From: Phototrophicaceae bacterium
GTDB lineage: Bacteria; Chloroflexota; Anaerolineae; Aggregatilineales; Phototrophicaceae
Length of the DNA stretch: 64,000 nt
Assembly: GCA_965230145.1 (NCBI GenBank)
Contig: OZ245943.1
Span: 162,643-226,642, forward strand
Direction of reading: 5' to 3'
Made by a program: the position numbers and the translations under genes. Every line of letters starts with the position of its first letter. Within the stretch, counting starts at the first letter, position 1. Below, piece by piece: positions 55,355 through 64,000 of this stretch. The notes under the pieces are model-generated. The model had not been told where the DNA came from and did no database searches. It saw nothing but the letters and a program-made list of their open reading frames with translations.

Positions 55355-56605
55355 ATGGATATTACGGTACTAAATGTTGAACTGGTGATTATTGGCTTGT
55401 TATTCGTGATTGCTATCGTCACATGGATTGGGAATCAAGTTCCTGCACCATATACCGTTGGATTGGTGCTGGCTGGCTTGGTGCTAACGTTTGTCCCTGC
55501 GCTCAATTTTGAACTCCCAGAGCTAATTAGTGAACTCATCTTAGCTCTATTTCTTCCTCCGATTGTTTTTGAAGCAGCTTACCAGATGAATCCGAGAGAA
55601 CTGCAGAATAATAGTGGTCTGATTGCTATGCTAACCACCATTGGTGTGGTCATCAGTACCTTGATTGTTGCCTTTATTTTGAATGCCTTTATACCGAGGA
55701 TGGGTTTATTAATTGCAGGTGTCTTTGGCGCATTAATTAGCGCGATTGACCCCGTCGCTGTGATTGCTTTATTTAAAGAGAATCACACCGATGCACGTTT
55801 AGAAACCATTGTTGAAGGTGAGAGTTTACTCAATGATGGTACAGCCATTGTTATCTTCACGATTGTTGTAGCGGCGGTTGCATCAGGAGGTGATTTCAGC
55901 ATTTTGGATGGTTTGCTTGATTTTGCACGCTTTGCTATTGGTGGCTTTATCATTGGGGGCTTGATTGGCTATCTAGTATCGCGTGTGCTGTATTACATTG
56001 ATGATGCCCTCGTCGAGATGACTCTCACGACTTGCCTCGCCTTTGGCTCATTTTTGATTGCTGAGGAATTGCATGTGAGTGGTGTTTTGGCTGTGCTGAT
56101 GGCTGGTTTGATTCATGGCAGAATGGGTTTCAGCAATATGTCCGAGAATACACAGACCTCTGTTTTGCGCGTATGGGAATACTTAGCCTATGTTGCCAAT
56201 GCCTTTATCTTCTTGCTCATCGGCTTAACCAGTGATATCAATGATATTCTGACACATCTACCGCTGATTGCACTAGCGATTATTGCTGTTGTTATCTCAC
56301 GGGCGGTCACTGTTTACATTCTTGCGCCAATACAAGTTAGCCTGTTGCCAAATTATCCTAAGTTACCCATGTCATGGCGACACGTTCTATTCTGGGGCGG
56401 ACAACGTGGCGCAGTTAGCCTTGCACTCGCATTCAGCTTGCCTCATGATTTGCCTAGTAGAGAGAGCATCATCATTATGACCTTTGGCGTTGTCCTTTTT
56501 ACTTCTCTAATTCAGGCAACGACCATGCCTATGTTATTGAAACGCTTGGGCTTGATTGGACATCCTAAAAGAGACACCTTCATTGAACCGCAAGAGCCTG
56601 TCTAA
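55355..56605 (+). CDS. NhaP-type Na+/H+ antiporter (CPA1)
   Basis: ISAIDPVAVIALFKE and VEGESLLNDGTAIVIF are CPA1 signature stretches. Confidence 0.85.
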   Translation: MDITVLNVELVIIGLLFVIAIVTWIGNQVPAPYTVGLVLAGLVLTFVPALNFELPELISELILALFLPPIVFEAAYQMNPRELQNNSGLIAMLTTIGVVISTLIVAFILNAFIPRMGLLIAGVFGALISAIDPVAVIALFKENHTDARLETIVEGESLLNDGTAIVIFTIVVAAVASGGDFSILDGLLDFARFAIGGFIIGGLIGYLVSRVLYYIDDALVEMTLTTCLAFGSFLIAEELHVSGVLAVLMAGLIHGRMGFSNMSENTQTSVLRVWEYLAYVANAFIFLLIGLTSDINDILTHLPLIALAIIAVVISRAVTVYILAPIQVSLLPNYPKLPMSWRHVLFWGGQRGAVSLALAFSLPHDLPSRESIIIMTFGVVLFTSLIQATTMPMLLKRLGLIGHPKRDTFIEPQEPV

Positions 56606-56728
56606 TATCAGGCAATTTTGTACTACAAGTAGCAAATTGGCAGTGTTTGGCAGTGATTTTCGTGGTGCTGGCAGAGAAATTTTCGCTATTGTTGGATTAA
56701 TCGACAACACAAAAAAGGATTTTCAATA

Positions 56729-57139
56729 ATGGCTACAGCAACACAATCACGATCTAATTTGCTTCGTAATGCCTTACGTGGCAACAGTGTTTTTTCCGCA
56801 ATGAGTGGCTTAGTTACCGCAATTGGTGCAGGTGTACTCGTTCAATTCATGAGCGTAGGCACAGTGACTCTTTATCTAGTCGTTGGCATTGCGCTGATAA
56901 TCCATGCTGTGATGCTCTACCTGAATACTCGTACACACCGTATTAACGTAGGCTTCGCATGGTATGCCATTATCGGTGATGTGCTCTGGGTATTGGCAAC
57001 AGCTTTTATCTTATTGACGGATAGCTTCAACCTCAGTGCAGAGGGTAAATGGTTACTGCTCTTCATTGGTGACATCGTACTACTATTTGCTATTGCTCAA
57101 TTTTTGGGTTTGCGTCGGATGAAGAGAAGTAAGCAGTAA
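56729..57139 (+). CDS. Hypothetical small membrane protein (4 TM)
   Basis: 136-aa hydrophobic ORF with no recognisable motif. Confidence 0.45.
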   Translation: MATATQSRSNLLRNALRGNSVFSAMSGLVTAIGAGVLVQFMSVGTVTLYLVVGIALIIHAVMLYLNTRTHRINVGFAWYAIIGDVLWVLATAFILLTDSFNLSAEGKWLLLFIGDIVLLFAIAQFLGLRRMKRSKQ

Positions 57140-57496
57140 ATGTCTGATTGGCTGGCTTTATTGTTCTTGAGTAATTTAGTATGGATAATGGTGCATGAGT
57201 TGGATGCGATTTATCAGGGTGAATGGCGTTTCTTCAATATCCCTTTCCAGCTAGAAGATGACCTCGCCTACAGAGTATTCACTATTTTGCATGTACCATT
57301 ATTCATTGTGCTTATCTGGGCGATACCATCACAGGCATTCCAGATAGGGTTTGATATTTTCGTCATTGGACACGCAGTGGTGCATTGGCTTTTACGAAAT
57401 CATCCGTTGATTACATTTAACAATTGGTTTTCGAGATTATTGATTTTTGCGCCTGTCGTCACAAGCATTATCCATCTGATATTCATGATAAGATGA
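57140..57496 (+). CDS. Hypothetical small membrane protein
   Basis: 118-aa ORF whose start directly abuts the previous stop (TAAATG). Confidence 0.45.
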   Translation: MSDWLALLFLSNLVWIMVHELDAIYQGEWRFFNIPFQLEDDLAYRVFTILHVPLFIVLIWAIPSQAFQIGFDIFVIGHAVVHWLLRNHPLITFNNWFSRLLIFAPVVTSIIHLIFMIR

Positions 57497-57562
57497 TTGC
57501 CAAAGGGTGAAACGTCATTTTGAGTTTCGCCCTATGGTTTTATATCTAAAAACATCCGAGAA

Positions 57563-58888
57563 ATGCCTATGACAATTCCGTTTTTACATATTCTGATTTA
57601 TAGCTTTACTCTATGGTTTGGTCTGTATTTGGTTGCGCGTGACAAGGATAAACTTGGTTTACGCTATGCTGGATTGGGCTTAATTAGTTATGCCTTTGCC
57701 CTCGCTTTATCGTTATTACTCAGTGACACAATCGAAAATACAGCATGGGGCTATTTGCCAATCATGTTGCCATCGGTGTTTTGGATGTTGGCGACCATTT
57801 ATCTTGTACCTGAAGTTCCGATTGAGCGCATCAACATACATATTATATTTGTGATGATTTTGATTATCTTATTGACATTTAGCAGTGCGGTTACCACCCC
57901 TAATCTCACTCGTTGGATTGCACTTGCCCTACCGATTACCTTCTTAATCGGGTCAAGCATTCGCTTACGGCAAATTTTCACAAGTGACTCCCCTCGTCCA
58001 CCAATTGTTATTTTGATAACGGCAAGCATTTTCTTTGCTTTGGCATCTGCCATTATCACTTTGCCTTTGTCTTGGTTAGCCCAAGATTGGGTTATGCTGG
58101 CAATTAGTCTCGATTTGTTGTGCCTAGGTTATGTCGTGGGTGTGCTAGATGCTTATGATGAAGGTACTCGACTATTTGAGGATGCTTTACGTTCATTGGC
58201 AGCTGCTTCACTTGGGGTACTCATTTTTGGTGGGCAAGTGGTGATGGTCATGGCGATTACGGATAATACATCTGCCCCAATGCTGACTCTATTATTTGGA
58301 CTCATCACGACTCTATTGGTTACGCTGGTTTTTTACGATGATATTCAAACATTATTGGACGAGCTTATCTTCGCAGATGCCGATGACCTACGCCAACAAA
58401 GAGATAGTTTACGGGCAGCATCCAGCGGATTAGCTCGCACAGCATCGCATCCATTCGATAATATCGACGATAAGGAATTTGCGCGCCTCACTCGCCGAGC
58501 ATTGAGCCACTATAGCGATTTGAATAAATTAGCTGCGAGTCCACTATTGCAGTTGGAAATATTAGAAGAGCGTATCGAAGATGATAATGTCTTGGCACGA
58601 GCAAATGCACTGAAATCTGTATTACGCGAGAGCATTGAGCAACTCAAGCCTGAGCCTGATATTGATTTTGCACCTAGTGATGAATGGCGTTACTACAATG
58701 TCCTCTATTTTCCGTATATTGTCGGGTTAAAACCTTATAGTCGGCGTTTTTTTGGGGATGATTTGGACTCAGCAGAGGCAGATGCTTTAGAGTGGTTTCG
58801 GACATATGTGCCTGAACGTACATTATATAACTGGCAAAAAACAGCCGCTGAACTCATTGCTCAGAATTTGCGCGAAAGACTATCTTAG
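57563..58888 (+). CDS. Polytopic membrane protein with a C-terminal soluble, possibly HTH-containing domain
   Basis: About 8 TM helices over ~270 aa. The tail reads ..FARLTRRALSHYSDLNKLAASPLLQLEIL...ALKSVLRESIEQLKP...WRYYNVLYFPYIVG...ERTLYNWQKTAAELIAQNL. Confidence 0.5.
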   Translation: MPMTIPFLHILIYSFTLWFGLYLVARDKDKLGLRYAGLGLISYAFALALSLLLSDTIENTAWGYLPIMLPSVFWMLATIYLVPEVPIERINIHIIFVMILIILLTFSSAVTTPNLTRWIALALPITFLIGSSIRLRQIFTSDSPRPPIVILITASIFFALASAIITLPLSWLAQDWVMLAISLDLLCLGYVVGVLDAYDEGTRLFEDALRSLAAASLGVLIFGGQVVMVMAITDNTSAPMLTLLFGLITTLLVTLVFYDDIQTLLDELIFADADDLRQQRDSLRAASSGLARTASHPFDNIDDKEFARLTRRALSHYSDLNKLAASPLLQLEILEERIEDDNVLARANALKSVLRESIEQLKPEPDIDFAPSDEWRYYNVLYFPYIVGLKPYSRRFFGDDLDSAEADALEWFRTYVPERTLYNWQKTAAELIAQNLRERLS

Positions 58889-58906
58889 CAAGTAATATGT
58901 CTCAGG

Positions 58907-59320
58907 TTATTTCGATGAATATGCTAATTCTTTCTTGCTAGAAGGACTTTTCTCCAACAATTGTCCTACGTTATTGAGTAATTCTGTGCGTGTAATTGGC
59001 TTAGACAAATATGAATCAAAGCCTGCTTCCATGCACATCGGGCGATAAGAATGGATTGCATTTGCTGATAAAGCAATTGCAGGTATGTCTTTCCATTTGT
59101 CTTGCTCACGTAGGTGTTTTAGCAATTCAATCCCTGATACTAAAGGCAAGTTAATATCCAGTAGCAGAAGATCAACTTTCGTAGTCTTGAGTATTTCTAG
59201 TGCTTCGCTTGCAAATCTCGCTGCCACGACATTATAGCTATCGCGTTTTAGCATCCGCACCATTAAATCTAAATTGTCCCGATTGTCATCCACAAAAAGG
59301 ATCGTTTTGTGCTGTCCCAT
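58907..59320 (-). CDS. Stand-alone response-regulator receiver (CheY-like)
   Basis: ILFVDDNRDN, LLLLDINLP (phospho-acceptor Asp), ALSANA and YLSKP. Confidence 0.85.
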   Translation of the reverse strand: MGQHKTILFVDDNRDNLDLMVRMLKRDSYNVVAARFASEALEILKTTKVDLLLLDINLPLVSGIELLKHLREQDKWKDIPAIALSANAIHSYRPMCMEAGFDSYLSKPITRTELLNNVGQLLEKSPSSKKELAYSSK

Positions 59321-59528
59321 GATATATCCCATACTAACCATTTTGAGAAGAAATTATTAATTAATAATTTTTCACAATTGCCATTCTATATTATATTTCA
59401 AAACATTACAATACGATAACGTTTGGGAATGGTTTTAATCGTCTATGGGTTTGGTAATAAGCGATTAGAAGAATAGGAGAACTATTCAGACCCATTGAAT
59501 AGCATCTCCCATTTTAAGTTAAGATAAA

Positions 59529-60407
59529 TTATCCCTTAATACCTGTAGATGCGATACTTTCAATAAAAGCACGCTGTAACGATAAATAGAATAGCAACAC
59601 AGGCACAGTGATCACTGTTAGGTAAGCCATAATCTCACCCCATGCTACATCTAGTTGGAAGAAATATTGCAAACCAACCATCACAGGGCGCAATTCTTCA
59701 CGTTGTACTGTCATCAAGGGCCATAGATATTGATTCCACATCGGCAAGAATTTGAGAATAGCCACAGTTGCAATTACAGGTCCTGCAATCGGCATGATGA
59801 TACGATAGTAAACTTGGAAGATATTCGCACCATCAATTTTCGCAGCTTCAACCAGTTCATAAGGTAAATCTTTAAAGTAGGTGTAGAACAAGAAAATCGA
59901 GAGAGAATCTGCTATGAATGGCACTATCTGAACATGGTAAGAATTAAGCCAACCGAATTCGAGTCCGCTTGCACCAATCCAGGGTAATTGATTCACTAAC
60001 AAGAGCATCGGGATGGCGATGACTTCAAATGGAATAATTAAAGTCGCCAGAATGATGCTAAGAATAATCCCCTTACCACGCCACTGAACAATCGCCAACG
60101 AATAGGCAGCCATTGAATTAATCACCAACGATAAGACTACCGTTATTGCAGTAACCAATATCGAATTAGTAATAAAGCGAACCATCGGAACACGTTCAAA
60201 TGCGCCTTCATAATTATCAAAACTCAAATCCCCAACTGGCAAAATTGCCCGTATCGAACTTGAATCGCGCAATAATTGCAAATCGGGCTTAAAGGAAGAC
60301 ATAATCATGAAGATTAAAGGCAAGATGAAAATTAACGCGACTAAGATAAGTAGAAGGTATCGCGTATAGAGTAATAAATTTTTTTGAGTTTGTGTTACTT
60401 CACGCAT
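59529..60407 (-). CDS. Carbohydrate ABC transporter permease (MalG-like)
   Basis: EAA-loop-like EAAKIDGANIFQVYYRIIMP with six TM helices. Confidence 0.88.
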   Translation of the reverse strand: MREVTQTQKNLLLYTRYLLLILVALIFILPLIFMIMSSFKPDLQLLRDSSSIRAILPVGDLSFDNYEGAFERVPMVRFITNSILVTAITVVLSLVINSMAAYSLAIVQWRGKGIILSIILATLIIPFEVIAIPMLLLVNQLPWIGASGLEFGWLNSYHVQIVPFIADSLSIFLFYTYFKDLPYELVEAAKIDGANIFQVYYRIIMPIAGPVIATVAILKFLPMWNQYLWPLMTVQREELRPVMVGLQYFFQLDVAWGEIMAYLTVITVPVLLFYLSLQRAFIESIASTGIKG

Positions 60408-61522
60408 TAGCTTCTCTCCTTAGTCAGATACCGTTGGATGAGCGAGATGGTGAATACCATCACAAAGAGAACCACTGAAATTGCCGAACCACCAGAAATA
60501 TCTTGTTGTTCAAAACCGCGTTGAACAGCTTGGAATACAGGGGTCTGCGTAGAATCTAGTGGACCACCCTTTGTCATCACATCAATCTGTGCGAATAAGC
60601 CAAAGGCTTGGATGGTAATCAAAATAGTGACGAGAACTGCCGTACTACGTAAGCCTGGCCATGTCACATAACGGAACTTTTGCCACGCATTCGCGCCATT
60701 GACCTCAGCAGCTTCATACAATACAAAAGGAATCGTCTGCAAGCCAGATAGCCAAATCACCATATGGAAGCCAACTGCTTGCCAAATGGACATCGCAATA
60801 ATTGAATTCATCGCTGTACTCGGGTTACCCAGCCAATCAACAGGTTCAAAATTCCCGAATGTCAACGCATTCAGTACCGAATTGAGCAAGCCATTCTGTC
60901 CATCGTATATGAATTGCCACAAAATAGAGACAACCACAATCGAGATGACGACAGGCATGAAATAAATCATGCGGAAAATGTTGATACCCTTGAGTTGTTG
61001 ATTAACCATCAAGGCAAGAAGCAATGCCAGACCACCTTGTACTGGCGCGACGATAATCACAAAATAAAAAATATTGAGAATAGATTTCCAAAAAACAATA
61101 TCACTAGCCAGCAAAACTAAGCGGTTTTCGCCCCGTTGCCAAGATTGCCATTCGCGTAAGCCATCTAAGTGTGGGTAATCGGGATTATCGCGGGTGAATT
61201 CACGTAGACGTGGATATTCGATGTTGCCGTCTTCATCACGCAAAATTTCGCCTGTTTCTTCATCGACAAGCGGTTCAAGGGTGAAAAATTGTAATGTCAG
61301 TAGACGGGTGAAATTACGCATACCCACAAATTCAGGTGGATTCGGTGAAATCAAGCGTTGGTTTGTAAAAGAATAGGTAAAAGCTGTAAAAAATGGATAT
61401 ATTAAGAATAGTCCGATGAGTAATAAAGCTGGGGCTATCATTAGCCAACCGACGATAGCTTCTGTGCGTTGGTGTGAGGATGGATTATTTTTTTGTTTAA
61501 CTTTGCCTGTGTTTTCTGCCAT
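60407..61522 (-). CDS. Carbohydrate ABC transporter permease (MalF-like) with a long periplasmic insertion
   Basis: EAAEVNGANAWQKFRYVTWP. An ~80-aa loop (LEPLVDEETGEILRDEDGNIEYPRLREF..) lies between TM helices. Confidence 0.88.
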   Translation of the reverse strand: MAENTGKVKQKNNPSSHQRTEAIVGWLMIAPALLLIGLFLIYPFFTAFTYSFTNQRLISPNPPEFVGMRNFTRLLTLQFFTLEPLVDEETGEILRDEDGNIEYPRLREFTRDNPDYPHLDGLREWQSWQRGENRLVLLASDIVFWKSILNIFYFVIIVAPVQGGLALLLALMVNQQLKGINIFRMIYFMPVVISIVVVSILWQFIYDGQNGLLNSVLNALTFGNFEPVDWLGNPSTAMNSIIAMSIWQAVGFHMVIWLSGLQTIPFVLYEAAEVNGANAWQKFRYVTWPGLRSTAVLVTILITIQAFGLFAQIDVMTKGGPLDSTQTPVFQAVQRGFEQQDISGGSAISVVLFVMVFTISLIQRYLTKERS

Positions 61523-61552
61523 AAGGATGACTTTCTGTTAGGAATTCTGGGG

Positions 61553-61582
61553 TAGAGTATGCTCAATCACGAGCATACTCTA
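61553..61582 (-). other. Intercistronic 12-bp perfect stem-loop between the SBP and permease genes
   Basis: TAGAGTATGCTC-aatcac-GAGCATACTCTA with no U-run. Confidence 0.6.
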
Positions 61583-61606
61583 GGAGATAGTGATGTTTAA
61601 CTACAG

Positions 61607-62881
61607 TTATTCGCCGAAGCCGTAACCACTATTATCTTCAATATCTTGTTCAATATCATCGACTGCCGCATCCAAGGTATCTTGAACATCAGCACCGTCT
61701 GCAATATCAGCAGCAGCGCGTCTAAAGATGAGAGCCATGTTTAGATAAGCTGGTGTTGCAGGACGGATAAGACCCTGTGCTTCACTCAGATCATAGAATA
61801 CTTGCAATGGTCCACCTTCAGCATAATTTTCGGTAAGTTCTGCCGCACTTGCTGTTGCAGGAATTAAACCAATACCGTCAGAGAATGCTGCTAGATATTC
61901 ATCTTGAATAGCAAATTCGATAAATGCGTTTGCACCTTCAGGGTTTTCACTATCAGCAGATACAGCGAATTGCCATGATGCGGCACCAATAGTTGAGCCA
62001 TTACCGAAATCTGGTGCTGGCAGGAAGAGCAAGTCGTCACCCCATACTTCAAGTGCTTCTACTGCAACCCAGTTACCATTCCATTGCAATGCGTAGCTAC
62101 CATCATTGAACCCCGTTTGACCATCTGCCTGATCCTGTGAAGTTCCGGGAGCCAGACCTCGGTCAAATAAACTTTGCCACCATTCGCCCCATGCAACGGC
62201 TTCTTCTCCGTTGAGAACGCCTTCAGCAGTCACATAATCCATACGGTCAATCATATCGCCACCGAAGCTTTGTAAAAATGGTGAGAAAGCATAAGGATAC
62301 CATTCGCCTGCATCCCACATGCCCAGATTTAAAGCATATTCAAATTCTCCAGAGTCTTGAAGCGTGACGAGTGCAGCATCAAATTCTTCTAAAGTCCAAG
62401 GCTCTTCCAGTGTTGGAATCCGAATGTCATTTGCTTCGAGAACAGACCTCCGAGCATACATCGCAACTGCCGCATCCCAGAGACCGACTGAATAGACTTC
62501 ACCATCCCATGTGCCAATAGTACCGGGGAGGAATCCATCTAATGCACCTTCACTGAGATTAAGCGGTTGTAGATAACCAGCCCATGCCCAGTTCGGCATT
62601 ACAGGACCATCAACATCAATGATGTCTGGTAAGTCATTTGACAGCGCGGCGGCAACGATAGATTCGTTATAAGCCCCTTGTGGAAATTCTTCAAGTTCAA
62701 CCACGTAGTCACTTTGTGAGGCGTTGAAATCATCAATGATACCCACTAAGATTTCACGTTCTACTTCATTGCCAGCACCGTGATACCACAAACTGAGGGT
62801 TTCTTGTGCGGAAACAATCCCGCTTGCCATAACGAGTAATGCACTCGCCATGACTAAAACTAAAAGTCTTTTAATACTCAT
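61607..62881 (-). CDS. Extracellular solute-binding protein (carbohydrate ABC, family 1)
   Basis: Signal peptide and 424 aa of Trp/Gly-rich family-1 SBP pattern (LWYHGAGNE.., PNWAWAGYLQPL). Confidence 0.85.
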   Translation of the reverse strand: MSIKRLLVLVMASALLVMASGIVSAQETLSLWYHGAGNEVEREILVGIIDDFNASQSDYVVELEEFPQGAYNESIVAAALSNDLPDIIDVDGPVMPNWAWAGYLQPLNLSEGALDGFLPGTIGTWDGEVYSVGLWDAAVAMYARRSVLEANDIRIPTLEEPWTLEEFDAALVTLQDSGEFEYALNLGMWDAGEWYPYAFSPFLQSFGGDMIDRMDYVTAEGVLNGEEAVAWGEWWQSLFDRGLAPGTSQDQADGQTGFNDGSYALQWNGNWVAVEALEVWGDDLLFLPAPDFGNGSTIGAASWQFAVSADSENPEGANAFIEFAIQDEYLAAFSDGIGLIPATASAAELTENYAEGGPLQVFYDLSEAQGLIRPATPAYLNMALIFRRAAADIADGADVQDTLDAAVDDIEQDIEDNSGYGFGE

Positions 62882-63002
62882 GTTATTCTCCTAAATGAAG
62901 ATTAAAAATTTTGTTTTTGTCTATTTTGTATCCGTGTTGATACGAGCTTCCTTACACTGTGTAACTCACAAGGGCAAACCTTGCTTTCATCTTTAACTGG
63001 TC

Positions 63003-64000
63003 TTATGTTGACCAGATTGATGACATTTCATAAATATCGAGCCTCTTGAGGTGTATATCACTCCCATGAAGCTGAACGTGGTTGTTATCGAAGTTATCTG
63101 GGTAGATGCGGCTTGTAATGCTAGTACGCTTGTTAGCAATAATTTCAATGACCGAGCCATCTAGCAAAATACGGAAGTCAAGCGTTTCGTCGTTTTCTAA
63201 TTGATGTTTTACTGATTTTATATCGCGCTCATCCGATACATTATCTGATGACCGAGTACGATTGACTGTCAGTTGAGCGGTATGTGCATCATATGAGATT
63301 TCCGTGGCGAGTTGTCCATCTTCCGAGCAAGCCAGTAAGATTGTCAGCTTACTACTTTCTGACACATCAAATTGTCCTACAATATCTAGCGATAGTCCTC
63401 GCACCTCAAGGTTGAGGTCACCTGATAAGCCGATATTTTCATAATGATGATGATTACCACGCAACTTTTCAATTTCAGGAACAGGTTGGCTACAGAGTCT
63501 ATTCTGACTATCGAGGGATAAAACTCGTGGAACACATTGCATCCCTGACCATCCTGCGTTGACGTATGCCTCTTGTGACCGCCCTTCGCGTAACCACGCC
63601 CACATGAGTCGACGACCTTTATCATCTTCTAAGGTCAAGGGAGCATAGAGATAAGCGTAGTCCAGTACACCTTCAGTTTCTGGTGTAAAGTGACCATCTT
63701 CGTAGTTGCCGACAAAGTAGAACACATCACCTGTGATATGGTTTGAATTTCCAGAAATTATGAGCACCCATTTATCGCCCAATTGAAATAAGTTCGGGCA
63801 TTCCCAGACCATACCGTATTTAGCATCATTTCCAATCAGAATTGGATTTTTATAGTCCCAATTGATAAGGTCATCAGATTGATAAAGGAAAACAGTGCCT
63901 CCTTCATCTGCAATCGATGAGCCTACCAACATATGCCACTTATCGTCTTGATGCCATACAAAAGGGTCGCGGAAGTCAGCGGTTTGTTTCGCTTCACTTG
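63003..64000 (-). CDS. Glycoside hydrolase family 32 (beta-fructofuranosidase / sucrose-6-phosphate hydrolase-like), N-terminus outside the window
   Basis: The frame stays open to nt 64000. FRDP motif (..ADFRDPFVWHQDDKWHMLVG) and WECPNLF (EC motif), plus a C-terminal beta-sandwich. Confidence 0.88.
   Translation of the reverse strand, partial: SEAKQTADFRDPFVWHQDDKWHMLVGSSIADEGGTVFLYQSDDLINWDYKNPILIGNDAKYGMVWECPNLFQLGDKWVLIISGNSNHITGDVFYFVGNYEDGHFTPETEGVLDYAYLYAPLTLEDDKGRRLMWAWLREGRSQEAYVNAGWSGMQCVPRVLSLDSQNRLCSQPVPEIEKLRGNHHHYENIGLSGDLNLEVRGLSLDIVGQFDVSESSKLTILLACSEDGQLATEISYDAHTAQLTVNRTRSSDNVSDERDIKSVKHQLENDETLDFRILLDGSVIEIIANKRTSITSRIYPDNFDNNHVQLHGSDIHLKRLDIYEMSSIWST

Noticed and set aside
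56640-56680. Three TGGCAG repeats (TTGGCAGTGTTTGGCAGTG...GCTGGCAGAG) as a sigma-54 -24/-12 promoter
   Set aside because: The GG-to-GC spacing is 9 nt rather than the canonical 10, and the -12 element is not TTGC. No enhancer-binding protein gene is nearby.

Overview
This is a 64-kb, moderately A+T-rich bacterial chromosomal segment with about 56 protein-coding genes. I recognised no rRNA, tRNA, CRISPR array, transposase or integrase. Housekeeping blocks: gltX; sucA-sucB (2-oxoglutarate dehydrogenase E1/E2); a TetR-headed menaquinone operon (menF-menD-menB-menE-menH) followed by a chorismate mutase/DAHP synthase fusion; galT-galK; a Mn/Zn-type ABC importer; two cation:proton antiporters; and a sugar ABC importer next to a GH32 beta-fructofuranosidase. 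Gene content fits a Chloroflexota-like genome better than a cyanobacterium: sucAB and men genes occur together with Uma2, XisI-like and GxxExxY genes and a giant Ser/Thr-kinase/NTPase/WD40 protein. That placement is inference only. Points worth follow-up: (1) a tandemly duplicated two-gene cassette of a small ParB-fold protein plus a basic-helix mini-protein, with one ParB copy degenerate (1.3-3.1 kb). (2) Three nuclease-fold accessory genes inserted into the men operon, one of them a 470-bp unit with about 32-nt inverted repeats whose solo copies recur elsewhere. (3) ABC-3 permeases carrying C-terminal DtxR/MntR-like winged-helix domains, one also with a six-cysteine loop insertion. (4) A 1559-aa kinase-P-loop NTPase-hydrophobic segment-WD40 protein. 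(5) Several small repeat families: GTAGGG-hairpin units filling the sucA-sucB spacer, and a ~300-nt intergenic module duplicated around an A+T-rich island of secreted beta-propeller paralogs. (6) A glutaredoxin-like/thioredoxin-reductase gene remnant. None of these amounts to a demonstrably new system from sequence alone. All functional calls are motif-level readings of the supplied translations.
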